Origin: Clostridiales bacterium
GTDB lineage: Bacteria > Bacillota > Clostridia > Oscillospirales > Acutalibacteraceae
Length of the DNA stretch: 34,063 bases
Direction: 5' to 3'
Assembly: GCA_020860025.1 (NCBI GenBank)
Contig: JAJBVC010000086.1
Coordinates: 1 to 34,063, forward strand
Positions 18,505-26,962 of this stretch are shown in pieces. The position numbers and the translations under genes were made by a program. How positions within the stretch are numbered: position 1 is the stretch's first letter; each line of letters starts with the position of its first letter. A model generated the notes under the pieces. That model did no database searches and had not been told where the DNA came from. It saw nothing but the letters and a program-made list of their open reading frames with translations.

Positions 18505-20499
18505 TCAGGTTCCTCTTTGGTACAGTCCTCTTGTGTATAAGAATGGCGCTTTTTCGCCTTTGCTGCAAAGGTCGATTATATCCATCACCTCGCCGACAGT
18601 TTCTGTTGAAAAATAGAAATGAGCAAAATCAGTATGTACCTCGTTCATTCGATCAAGCATATAAATCGGCACGCTGTTAAGCACCTCTGAACAAGGATAA
18701 TCGTTGCAAACCACAGGAAATTCATATCCCTTTCTGTCTGTAAGCGCACCGTTTCCGCCACATTCAAAGCAGCCTATATCATTTTTAACAGGGCAGTTTC
18801 TTGTCAGCATAAGCGGTACTCTGCCGTAAACTATAATGCCGGTGTCGTCGGCATTTATTTCATTCGCTTTATCAAGCGTCAGCTCAAACGATAAAATCGG
18901 CGAGTTGATTTGCCTTGCGCTTTCGCTGTTATAGATATTAAGACCAAAATCGCCGTACACATTAAAGCCAAGTTCACGTGCAAGCCTGTATGAGCCGATA
19001 TTGCCGCAAAGGGCATTTTTAACACCGGCCCTTTTGAGTTTCAAGAGCCTGCTTGTTATCTTTTCCTCCATACCGAAAAGTCCTCTCGGCAGAGTGACAC
19101 CCGCACGGTTATCAACAAAATCCTCAAGACTTGAGCTTATCGGAATAAAAACTCGCTCAAACGGATGTTTGTCGGGAATTTGCTGTGCGCTGAGAAAAGA
19201 GGCTGTAAGATACGGCTTTGAAATTTTTATTCTGTGCATTATCGGTCTGAACGGCTTTGAAACGACTTGTACTTTTTCGGTCGCTTCGATTTGAGCCACC
19301 GCACGACGGCGAAGCTCATTGATTTTGGAAACAGGCAAAATCAACCCCTCGTCAAGAGAAATTTCTATATCTTGTGGATAAAACTGCGTACCGCCTAATT
19401 TTGAAAGTCTTTGCCTTAAGCTCTCGGCTGTCATAAGCTTGTTAATCGCCTTTTCAGGCACGTCACCGACAACCGTAACAGTTTTATTAAGCGCCGTTGC
19501 CGTTAAAGAACACGGCCGGCCGTTTTTGCAGACAAATTTCATATCAATAGGCAAAAGCGGATTTTCGTTATCATAGTTATGACTGATTTCTTTAAGAACG
19601 TCAGCGGCTTTGATGACATCCTCTTTTTGACGTATGCCGAACATATCCCTGCCGAGCTTTGCATTAAGATAACCATTTGTAAAACCGCTTCGTGAAAAAA
19701 CGCTTCTCAGCGTAAGCTCATCGGCAGAATTAAAGTTTCCGTCAATAGCTTTTTTAACCGCAGTTACTGCGGCGCTTACATATTCGGGACGCTTCATTCT
19801 GCCCTCGATTTTTAGACTTGTTATGCCGTCAAGTCGGTCAAGCTCGCTTATTATGCTCAAATCCTTTAAGGATAATGCGTTTTTATTATCACCGCCTGCC
19901 GTAAACGGAAGCCTGCACGGCTGAGCGCACAAGCCTCTGTTGCCGCTTCTGCCACCTATCATTGAAGAAAGATAACACTGCCCCGACACAGACATACAAA
20001 GAGCGCCATGAACGAATAATTCGAGTTCCATGTCGGTTTTATTTCTGATTTGAGCTATCTCCTCAAGGCTCATTTCCCTTGGAAGAACAATACGTGAAAA
20101 GCCCATTTCCTTTGCCTGCTGCACTCCCATAGGCGTCATAATACTCATTTGAGTTGAGGCGTGTATTCTTGCGTTTTCAAAACACTCCCTTATCATTTTT
20201 GCCACGCCTAAATCCTGAACGATAAAAGCGTCTACACCTGCACCGAGCGCATTTTCCACAGTCTTATATGCCAACGGCATTTCCTCATCGGATACAAGGA
20301 TATTAAGCGTTAAATAAACCTTAACGCCTCTTTGATGGCAGTATTCAACCGCCATCTTAAGTTCATCATCATTAAAATTGCCGGCATTGCGACGAGCATT
20401 GAACAGCTTACCGCCAAGATAAACTGCGTTTGCACCGCTTCGCACACCGGCAATCAGTGACTCCATACCACCGGCAGGAGCCAAAATTTCAAATTTCAT
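18505..20499 (-). CDS. U32 peptidase-family protein, long form (RlhA-like RNA hydroxylase candidate)
   Basis: EILAPAG, HASTQ, ELFVHGALCMSVSGQCYLSS..RSGNRGLCAQPCR and SLKIEGRMK. At 664 aa it has a DUF3656-like middle region (LSKLGGTQF). Confidence 0.88.
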   Translation of the reverse strand: MKFEILAPAGGMESLIAGVRSGANAVYLGGKLFNARRNAGNFNDDELKMAVEYCHQRGVKVYLTLNILVSDEEMPLAYKTVENALGAGVDAFIVQDLGVAKMIRECFENARIHASTQMSIMTPMGVQQAKEMGFSRIVLPREMSLEEIAQIRNKTDMELELFVHGALCMSVSGQCYLSSMIGGRSGNRGLCAQPCRLPFTAGGDNKNALSLKDLSIISELDRLDGITSLKIEGRMKRPEYVSAAVTAVKKAIDGNFNSADELTLRSVFSRSGFTNGYLNAKLGRDMFGIRQKEDVIKAADVLKEISHNYDNENPLLPIDMKFVCKNGRPCSLTATALNKTVTVVGDVPEKAINKLMTAESLRQRLSKLGGTQFYPQDIEISLDEGLILPVSKINELRRRAVAQIEATEKVQVVSKPFRPIMHRIKISKPYLTASFLSAQQIPDKHPFERVFIPISSSLEDFVDNRAGVTLPRGLFGMEEKITSRLLKLKRAGVKNALCGNIGSYRLARELGFNVYGDFGLNIYNSESARQINSPILSFELTLDKANEINADDTGIIVYGRVPLMLTRNCPVKNDIGCFECGGNGALTDRKGYEFPVVCNDYPCSEVLNSVPIYMLDRMNEVHTDFAHFYFSTETVGEVMDIIDLCSKGEKAPFLYTRGLYQRGT

Positions 20500-20514
20500 A
20501 CGAGTTAAAAATCC

Positions 20515-20865
20515 TTACTTTTCCGCAAGCTTGTTTCTTAAATCGGAAATTTCTCTGTTAAGCCGTTCAACCTCACGTCTTGCGACGTCAACCTCCATAC
20601 GAGCCCTTGCGCTGTCCTCAAGATAATCTTTAATCTGAGCACGAAGATTGTCGGCTGAAGCAGTCGCTTTTTTACAAGCGTCAGCCTCGTCAAGAGCAAC
20701 AAGCACAGCAGCCTGAGTTGTTGACAAAGTGGGATTTGCATTACAGATAAGCTTCATCTCGCCTGAAATCGTTTCGGCAAGATTTTCAACATATTCCGGG
20801 TCGTCCTCTGTAACGATTGTATAGCTTGAACCGCAGATTTTTACCTGTACCTTATTTTTGTTCAT
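20515..20865 (-). CDS. zapA: Cell division protein ZapA
   Basis: KVQVKICGSSYTI...EYVENLA...AAVLVAL plus a C-terminal coiled coil. AAGGTG RBS before 20865. Confidence 0.88.
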   Translation of the reverse strand: MNKNKVQVKICGSSYTIVTEDDPEYVENLAETISGEMKLICNANPTLSTTQAAVLVALDEADACKKATASADNLRAQIKDYLEDSARARMEVDVARREVERLNREISDLRNKLAEK

Positions 20866-20910
20866 TTCGTTCACCTTCAACAGTAATTGACATTTTTCCA
20901 CTTATCTATA

Positions 20911-20939
20911 AGTATATCAATAAAATATAGAATTGTCAA
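20911..20939 (-). promoter_or_regulatory. Sigma-A promoter for zapA-U32
   Basis: TTGACA-17 bp-TATACT with extended TG on the minus strand. Confidence 0.75.
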
Positions 20940-20977
20940 TCAATTAGCAACTACTGAAATAATTAAATTTTGGAATT

Positions 20978-21706
20978 TTAAGAGAGTGACAATTCATTTT
21001 TTATGTAGTCGCAGTAAAGCTTAATTATATCTATATCTGTTTTTGCATATACGGTTCTTGCGCCGACAGTATCCTCAATCTCGTTAAAAACAAGCCTGCC
21101 CCGATGAAAGATAAAATCAAAGCCCGCCCAGTCACACCGCACAGTATCAATAACGGACTGTACAAATTCTCTTTCCTCTTTTGTGAGATTATAAATCTCG
21201 GCATCGCCGCCAAGGCAAAAGTTTGAACGAAAATCATTATCGCTTTTTCTGAGGACAGCCGTTACAATCCTGCCGCCTATAGCCCAGACACGGACATCTC
21301 TGCCGGGTGTATCGCAAGGCTCTTGATAAACATAGCCGCTTTGGAATTTCTCGCTCGTTTTAAGCATAACGACATCTTTGCCGCCGCTGCCGTCAACAGG
21401 CTTTTTTACCACAGGCACCTTTGTATACCTTGTCGGCATAATCGGTATCGACCTTTTTTCCATAAAATCGTAGCAAAGCTGTTTGTCATTTGCAAGACGT
21501 GAGAGCGATGACGAATTGAAAACTCTTATTCCTTTTCCTTCAAAAAATTCTCCCACGTGGTAATCGTTAGTTCTATTAATTACGAAGTCCGCCTCGCCAC
21601 AAAAGCCTTTTTCCTTTAGCGTTACGTCAAGATTTTCTTTAAACTTTTCTATTGCGAATAAATTTTTTTCAATTTTTTCTTTAGGATAAATCAGAACACC
21701 CGACAT
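20978..21706 (-). CDS. RimK-like ATP-grasp ligase (second of pair)
   Basis: ANDKQL, VKKPVDGSGGKDV, GRDVRV, DFRSNFCLGG and GFDF..NEIED. The ATG overlaps the upstream TAA (TAATG). Confidence 0.85.
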   Translation of the reverse strand: MSGVLIYPKEKIEKNLFAIEKFKENLDVTLKEKGFCGEADFVINRTNDYHVGEFFEGKGIRVFNSSSLSRLANDKQLCYDFMEKRSIPIMPTRYTKVPVVKKPVDGSGGKDVVMLKTSEKFQSGYVYQEPCDTPGRDVRVWAIGGRIVTAVLRKSDNDFRSNFCLGGDAEIYNLTKEEREFVQSVIDTVRCDWAGFDFIFHRGRLVFNEIEDTVGARTVYAKTDIDIIKLYCDYIKNELSLS

Positions 21707-22521
21707 TAAATTTTCTCCTTTATAGTACTGAAAATCAGCGGAGCAATATCTTTTCCTGTTGCCTGCATAATATTCATAATATGAGCGTTTGAATTTACCT
21801 CGCACACAATATTTCCCTCAAGAATATCAACTCCGCCGAACGTCAGCGAAAGAGCGTCGCAGGCTTTTAAAGCCGTATCAATTATCTTTTTGTCGGGGTT
21901 AAAAGGCGTCATAATACCGCCGTTTGTAACATTTGAGCGAAAATCGTTTTTATTTTCCCTCATAACCGCCGAAACGCACTGTCCATCGATTACCTCAACT
22001 CTTATGTCACGTCCTGCGCTTTTTTCAATAAACCGCTGAAGAATAAACGGCTTTTCGCTTATATGAGAAATAATTTCATCAACAGTACGGCACAAGTAAA
22101 CCTGAGCGCCGAACGAACCGAAACATTCTTTAAAAACGAGTGGCAGCCCTAAAACCTCGACCGCCTTAAAAACGAACTCGCTCATATCCGATTTAAAGAA
22201 GCTTTTAGGCGCAATAAGCGTTTTCGGCTGAGGAACAACGTCCAAAAGTTCAATGTACGTTCTCGCCTTATCGTCGCATTTTTCAATAGAATCGGCACTG
22301 TTGAATACGGGAATACCGTAACGCTCAAGCATTCTCGCAAGGTTAATGTCTTTGTCCCAAAACAAAACAAAATCGGTGCTGACGCTTTCTCCGGCAAGCT
22401 CAAGATTCGTTTTAACCGTGAGGTTAATATTCATTTTTTCAGCCGTTTTTTTCAAGTGGCTGTGCAAAGCATCGTACTTTTCACCTTTTAAAAAGTGATT
22501 TTTTACCAAAATTCCGTTCAT
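21706..22521 (-). CDS. RimK family alpha-L-glutamate ligase-like ATP-grasp protein
   Basis: CDDKART, KECFGSFGAQV, GRDIRV, DFRSNVTNGG and GGVDIL..CEVNSNA. Confidence 0.9.
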   Translation of the reverse strand: MNGILVKNHFLKGEKYDALHSHLKKTAEKMNINLTVKTNLELAGESVSTDFVLFWDKDINLARMLERYGIPVFNSADSIEKCDDKARTYIELLDVVPQPKTLIAPKSFFKSDMSEFVFKAVEVLGLPLVFKECFGSFGAQVYLCRTVDEIISHISEKPFILQRFIEKSAGRDIRVEVIDGQCVSAVMRENKNDFRSNVTNGGIMTPFNPDKKIIDTALKACDALSLTFGGVDILEGNIVCEVNSNAHIMNIMQATGKDIAPLIFSTIKEKI

Positions 22522-22558
22522 TTTCTTATCTCCAATGAAAGTATTGTAACATTCTGCC

Positions 22559-22587
22559 TTGCATTTTTCAATCTAATAGTATAAAAT
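22559..22587 (+). promoter_or_regulatory. Putative sigma-A promoter for purH
   Basis: TTGCAT-17 bp-TAAAAT. Confidence 0.5.
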
Positions 22588-22690
22588 GTTTTTATATAAT
22601 ATTAGATTAGTAATTACCTTTAACCGTACCTGAGCGCATCAGACGGTTAATGATTTACAATTTTGTAGTTGGAAAGGCTATGGTGATTTT

Positions 22691-23866
22691 ATGACAGAGT
22701 ATAAACTTAAATACGGCTGTAACCCAAATCAAAATCCTGCAAGAATTCATATGGACGGCAAGGAGCTTCCGTTTACCGTATTAAACGGTGCGGCAGGATA
22801 TATCAATCTTCTTGATGCATTCAATTCATGGCAGCTTGTAAAAGAGCTTAAAGTGGCGACAGGATTGCCGTCGGCGGCGTCGTTTAAACATGTTTCTCCG
22901 GCAGGAGCGGCGGTTGCAAAAGAGCTTGATGAAAAAGAGCGTAAGGTTTATATGGTACCGAGCGACCTTGAACTTTCACCTATTGCGCAGGCTTACGTTC
23001 GTGCAAGAGGATGTGACAGAGTATCTTCATTCGGCGATTTTGCCGCACTCAGTGACGAATGTGACGCTTCTGTTGCAAAATTTCTTGTAAAAGAGGTCAG
23101 CGACGGAATTATTGCTCCGTCATATACAGATGAAGCTCTTGAAATTTTAAAATCAAAAAGACGTGGCAACTACCTGATAATTCAGATGGATGAAAGCTAT
23201 GTTCCCGACGCTACCGAAACAAAACAGGTTTTCGGAATTAAATTTGAGCAGAAAAGAAACGATTCCATTATGACTATGGACTTGTTCAACGATATGCCGA
23301 CGGATATTAAAGAAATACCCGAAATAGCAAAAATCGACCTGCTAATTTCACTCATAACTTTAAAATACACACAGTCAAATTCCGTATGCTTTGCCATGGG
23401 CGGTCAGACAATCGGCGTCGGCGCAGGTCAGCAAAGCCGTATTGCCTGCACAAGGCTCGCCGGAAGCAAGGCTGATAATCTTTGGCTTCGTCACAATGAA
23501 AAAGTGCTTAACCTGCCCTTTATTGACGGAATAAGAAAATGCGACGCCGACAATGCTATCGACCTTTACATATCCGATGAATATGAAGATTTGCTTAAAG
23601 ACGGTGTATGGCAGAGATATTTTACTGAATGTCCCGCTCCTTTCACTAAAGAAGAAAAAGCTCAGTGGCACGAAAAAATGACTAATGTGGCTCTCGGCTC
23701 GGATGCGTTCTTCCCGTTTGAGGATAATATTGAGCGTGCCGCACGTTCGGGCGTTAAATATATAGCACAACCCGGAGGTTCAGTAAGGGATCAGGCTGTT
23801 ATTGACTGCTGCAACGATTTGGGAATAGCGATGACCATGACCGGAATCCGCCTTTTCCACCACTAA
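22691..23866 (+). CDS. purH: AICAR formyltransferase, monofunctional short form (no IMP cyclohydrolase domain)
   Basis: Begins directly at LKYGCNPNQ and contains FKHVSPAG, KYTQSNSV, GAGQQSR, SDAFFPF, QPGGSVRD and RLFHH. 391 aa. Confidence 0.92.
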   Translation: MTEYKLKYGCNPNQNPARIHMDGKELPFTVLNGAAGYINLLDAFNSWQLVKELKVATGLPSAASFKHVSPAGAAVAKELDEKERKVYMVPSDLELSPIAQAYVRARGCDRVSSFGDFAALSDECDASVAKFLVKEVSDGIIAPSYTDEALEILKSKRRGNYLIIQMDESYVPDATETKQVFGIKFEQKRNDSIMTMDLFNDMPTDIKEIPEIAKIDLLISLITLKYTQSNSVCFAMGGQTIGVGAGQQSRIACTRLAGSKADNLWLRHNEKVLNLPFIDGIRKCDADNAIDLYISDEYEDLLKDGVWQRYFTECPAPFTKEEKAQWHEKMTNVALGSDAFFPFEDNIERAARSGVKYIAQPGGSVRDQAVIDCCNDLGIAMTMTGIRLFHH

Positions 23867-23945
23867 TCCGTTCATAAGCAATCAGAAACCAACAAAGCGG
23901 TGCATTAGTGTTGCTCTCAAAACGCTAATTCTGACTGCTTTCGGA
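23867..23945 (-). repeat. Minimal ~80 bp remnant of the dispersed element, copy R5 (ends only)
   Basis: ATAAGCAATCAGAAACC resembles ATAAAGCAGTCATAACC. CTCTCAAAACGCTAATTCTGACTGCTTT resembles CTCCCAAAATGCTTAATTCTGACTGCTTT. Confidence 0.65.
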
Positions 23946-24019
23946 AAGATACAACAGCCAATTATAGCGTATAAATTCGCTAAACATCAGACATCCGCTT
24001 GAATTATGAGAGGAAAACT

Positions 24020-24544
24020 ATGAATTACGGCGAGATAAAGAAAAACGATATTGCAAACGGCGAAGGTGTACGCACCTCATTATTTGTTTCAGGGTGCAGG
24101 CATCACTGCAAAAACTGCTTTAACGAGGCTACCTGGGATTTCGGCTACGGCAAACTTTTTACCGAGGAAACCGTAAAGGAAATACTTGACTCCTGTTCAC
24201 CCGACTGGATTAACGGCTTATCTCTTCTCGGCGGCGAGCCGTTTGAGCCTGAAAACCAAAAGGTACTTTTGCCGTTTTTGATAATGTTTAAAGAGCGTTT
24301 CAAAAATAAAGACGTGTGGTGCTATTCGGGATTTACGATTGAGGAAATTCTCGGGAAAAAACCGTCTCGTGCTTTTACCGACACCGGCGGTGAAATGCTG
24401 TCTTATATCGACATTCTCGTTGACGGCAGATTCGTTGAGGAAAAAAAGGATATTTCACTTGTATTCAGAGGTTCGTCAAACCAGCGTATAATTGACGTTA
24501 AAAAAACACTTGAAGAGAAAAAAATAGTTCTCTATTTTGAGTAA
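24020..24544 (+). CDS. nrdG: Anaerobic ribonucleotide reductase activating protein
   Basis: DIANGEGVRTSLFVSGCRHHCKNCFN, LLGGEP, DILVDGRF and FRGSSNQRII. GAGG RBS before 24020. Confidence 0.94.
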   Translation: MNYGEIKKNDIANGEGVRTSLFVSGCRHHCKNCFNEATWDFGYGKLFTEETVKEILDSCSPDWINGLSLLGGEPFEPENQKVLLPFLIMFKERFKNKDVWCYSGFTIEEILGKKPSRAFTDTGGEMLSYIDILVDGRFVEEKKDISLVFRGSSNQRIIDVKKTLEEKKIVLYFE

Positions 24545-24556
24545 TACGGAGGGTTT

Positions 24557-25492
24557 ATGCCTTATATTTGCGTTCATTTTAAGGAAAAAACAACACCTGA
24601 CGGAGAGCAGGTTTACTTTGCTGTCAGCAAAGACGGCTTTAACTGGGAAAGTTTAAATAACTCAAACCCCGTTTTAACGTGCGATAAGGGCGAAATGGGA
24701 TGCCGTGACATTGAAATTGTAAGGCTCAAAAAAGGCGGCTTTGTAATTTTAGCGACCGATTTGTGCATAGTTCACAGAATCGAGCGTGACGGCAAGCTTG
24801 ACTGGAAGCAGATAAACAGTCACGGCAGTAAAAATCTTTCCATGTGGAAAAGCGACGATTTAATTCACTTTTCACAGCAAAAGCTCATATATTTCGGTCG
24901 TGACGATTTCGGATGTCTGTGGGCACCGGAGGTTTTTTACGACGAAGAAAGCGACGAGTATCTTATTCACTGGGGTTCTACAATCGCAAAGGATAATTTT
25001 ACCCATATGTCAATCTATTCCTGCACGACAAACGATTTTGAGAGCTTTACTCCACCACGTCTTTTCTTTGAAAAGGATAATGAAATTCTTGACAGTCATA
25101 TAACAAAAGTTGAAAAAACGTATCATCTTTTCTACAAAAATTCCGATAATCCGGCAATGAATATGCACGCAACGTCACAAAAGCTTTACGGCCCATATGA
25201 AAACGACAGCGATTTTCAAAATTATATGGAGTCGCTTTATCATCCGGGCTCTTATGAAGCGCCTACAACGTATACGCTTCCCGACGGAAGATGGTGTATG
25301 ATGCTCGACTTTTTCGGCTGTGAAAAGGAGAAAATGGGATATGTTCCGTTCATTTCACCGACAGTCGGCGACAGTAATTTTGTTATGAGCAAAGACGATT
25401 TTACATTTCCCTACGGTTTTAAACACGGCAAGGTAATTGAAATAACCGATGAGGAATATGCATCTCTTAAAAGCTATTACGCTGATAACTAA
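24557..25492 (+). CDS. Glycoside hydrolase family 43-like five-bladed beta-propeller, no signal peptide
   Basis: SKDGFNW, GCRD, LATDL, LWAPEVFYD, ILDS and YEAP, giving the acidic D/D/E pattern of clan F/J propellers. Confidence 0.82.
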   Translation: MPYICVHFKEKTTPDGEQVYFAVSKDGFNWESLNNSNPVLTCDKGEMGCRDIEIVRLKKGGFVILATDLCIVHRIERDGKLDWKQINSHGSKNLSMWKSDDLIHFSQQKLIYFGRDDFGCLWAPEVFYDEESDEYLIHWGSTIAKDNFTHMSIYSCTTNDFESFTPPRLFFEKDNEILDSHITKVEKTYHLFYKNSDNPAMNMHATSQKLYGPYENDSDFQNYMESLYHPGSYEAPTTYTLPDGRWCMMLDFFGCEKEKMGYVPFISPTVGDSNFVMSKDDFTFPYGFKHGKVIEITDEEYASLKSYYADN

Positions 25493-25508
25493 AACAAAAT
25501 ATTATGAA

Positions 25509-25640
25509 AAAGGCACTGTGAATTTTATATCACAGTGCCTTTCAAGTGTTCCTAACGTAAATTACGTTTTGCTAACATAATCTAATTAAATTAAGCAATT
25601 AAACATATAATAATCAGTCATGGTTCGGACTGCTTATACG
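25509..25640 (+). repeat. Partial element, copy R6a (R4 subtype); its hairpin can act as a terminator
   Basis: AAAGGCACTGTGA..TCACAGTGCCTTT-CAAGTGTTCCTAACGTAAATTA...CATATAATAATCAGTCAT..GACTGCTTATACG aligns with 16526-16655. Confidence 0.8.
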
Positions 25641-25646
25641 TTTTGC

Positions 25647-25983
25647 AGGATGGCGTATAAGTAGTCAGAATTAAGCATTTTGGGAGGATTGCTGTACATT
25701 GTGTCCAGTTGCGGTGCCCAAAATTTTCGGTCGCTTACGCTGAAAATTTTGACCGCTGCCAATTCTTTTTGCTCCCTTTTTCTCACACTGTGAGCGGTCG
25801 CAAACGAATCCGCTTCCGAGCAAAAGGCTTAAAACGCTCAAAAGTGCCAAGAACATTAAGGTCTTGGCACTTTTATATTGTTGTTGTAACAAGATGACTT
25901 TTTTGTCATTAAAAGATAAAAGTAATAAAGATACTTCTATTTTTACCACCTGAGCGTGGTTATGGCTGCTTATACGCCATCCT
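25647..25983 (+). repeat. Dispersed structured element, copy R6b (337 bp) with alternative termini
   Basis: Full core, with a perfect 15-bp terminal IR AGGATGGCGTATAAG...CTTATACGCCATCCT. Confidence 0.92.
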
Positions 25984-26948
25984 TATGCCAAATAGAGTGC
26001 TGATGTGTCTATATTCGTGTTGTCTACATACCAGCTGTTGCCGATTTCAGCAACATAAACTTCCTGTGTAGCAACAACCGTACCATCATCAAGAGTAACC
26101 TCAACAGTACATTTTGCAACTGAAGTGATAACATCCGAATTATCGAGCTGAGTAAAAGCATCTGTCATTGTTGCGGCTGTTTCATCATCAAGAGCAAACT
26201 GCGCTACGGCTGTTTGACCCGACTCAACTACAGATGTAATTCTCTCTGTGTATTCCTCAACGTAAGCGGTAACCTCATCAGCGGAAAGCTCTGTACATTC
26301 GGTAACTGTAGTAGTAAATTTGTAATCATCACCGTACATTAACTGATATACACCTGTTGAAGCTTCCTGAATAACAGTCTTATCATCGTCCGCAAGCTCC
26401 TCTTCAGTACCTGTCAATGACAGTCCGTACGATGAAACATTTGATTCAAACGCACCAAACATAAAGTCGGAATCCATATATTCATCGCCGTAAACCTCTG
26501 CCCTAACCTCTGCAAGTTTTGCAAAGTAATTTGAGAATATAGCGTCATAATCGTCAAGACCGTATGTAGTAAGAAGTTCAACGTAATAGTCGTACATCGT
26601 TTCGTAAACTTCGTCAATAGCGGCAGTTTCCTCATCATTACCTGTGCCGACAAAGTCAGCCTGCTCAACGTCGTCGCCGTCATTTATATAAGGGAGCATA
26701 TAAGCGTTGGTAACAAAATTGCCGAATTTCATATTCTTTGAAACGAGCGTGTTCTTGTAAGCATTATAGCCGTCGCCCGTCTGAACAATAGTATCAACAT
26801 ATGTCTGGGCAACCTTTTCGGCACTGAATGCGGTGTATCTTGAAGTGAAAGCAAATATAGTAAGCGCAACCAAAATTACAGCTACTATAATGCCGGCAAC
26901 AACGGCATATAATCCTGCTTTAAATTCTTTTTCTTTCGTCTTAGCCAT
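25983..26948 (-). CDS. Hypothetical membrane-anchored, highly acidic extracellular protein
   Basis: N-terminal TM segment and D/E/Y/T-rich body ending EIGNSWYV. The AAGGAGG RBS overlaps the upstream stop. Confidence 0.78.
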   Translation of the reverse strand: MAKTKEKEFKAGLYAVVAGIIVAVILVALTIFAFTSRYTAFSAEKVAQTYVDTIVQTGDGYNAYKNTLVSKNMKFGNFVTNAYMLPYINDGDDVEQADFVGTGNDEETAAIDEVYETMYDYYVELLTTYGLDDYDAIFSNYFAKLAEVRAEVYGDEYMDSDFMFGAFESNVSSYGLSLTGTEEELADDDKTVIQEASTGVYQLMYGDDYKFTTTVTECTELSADEVTAYVEEYTERITSVVESGQTAVAQFALDDETAATMTDAFTQLDNSDVITSVAKCTVEVTLDDGTVVATQEVYVAEIGNSWYVDNTNIDTSALYLA

Positions 26949-26962
26949 AAACATTACCCTCC

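Noticed and set aside
22590-22690. ZTP (pfl) riboswitch upstream of purH
   Set aside because: The conserved GACUGGCG and GCCUGGGC segments are not present.
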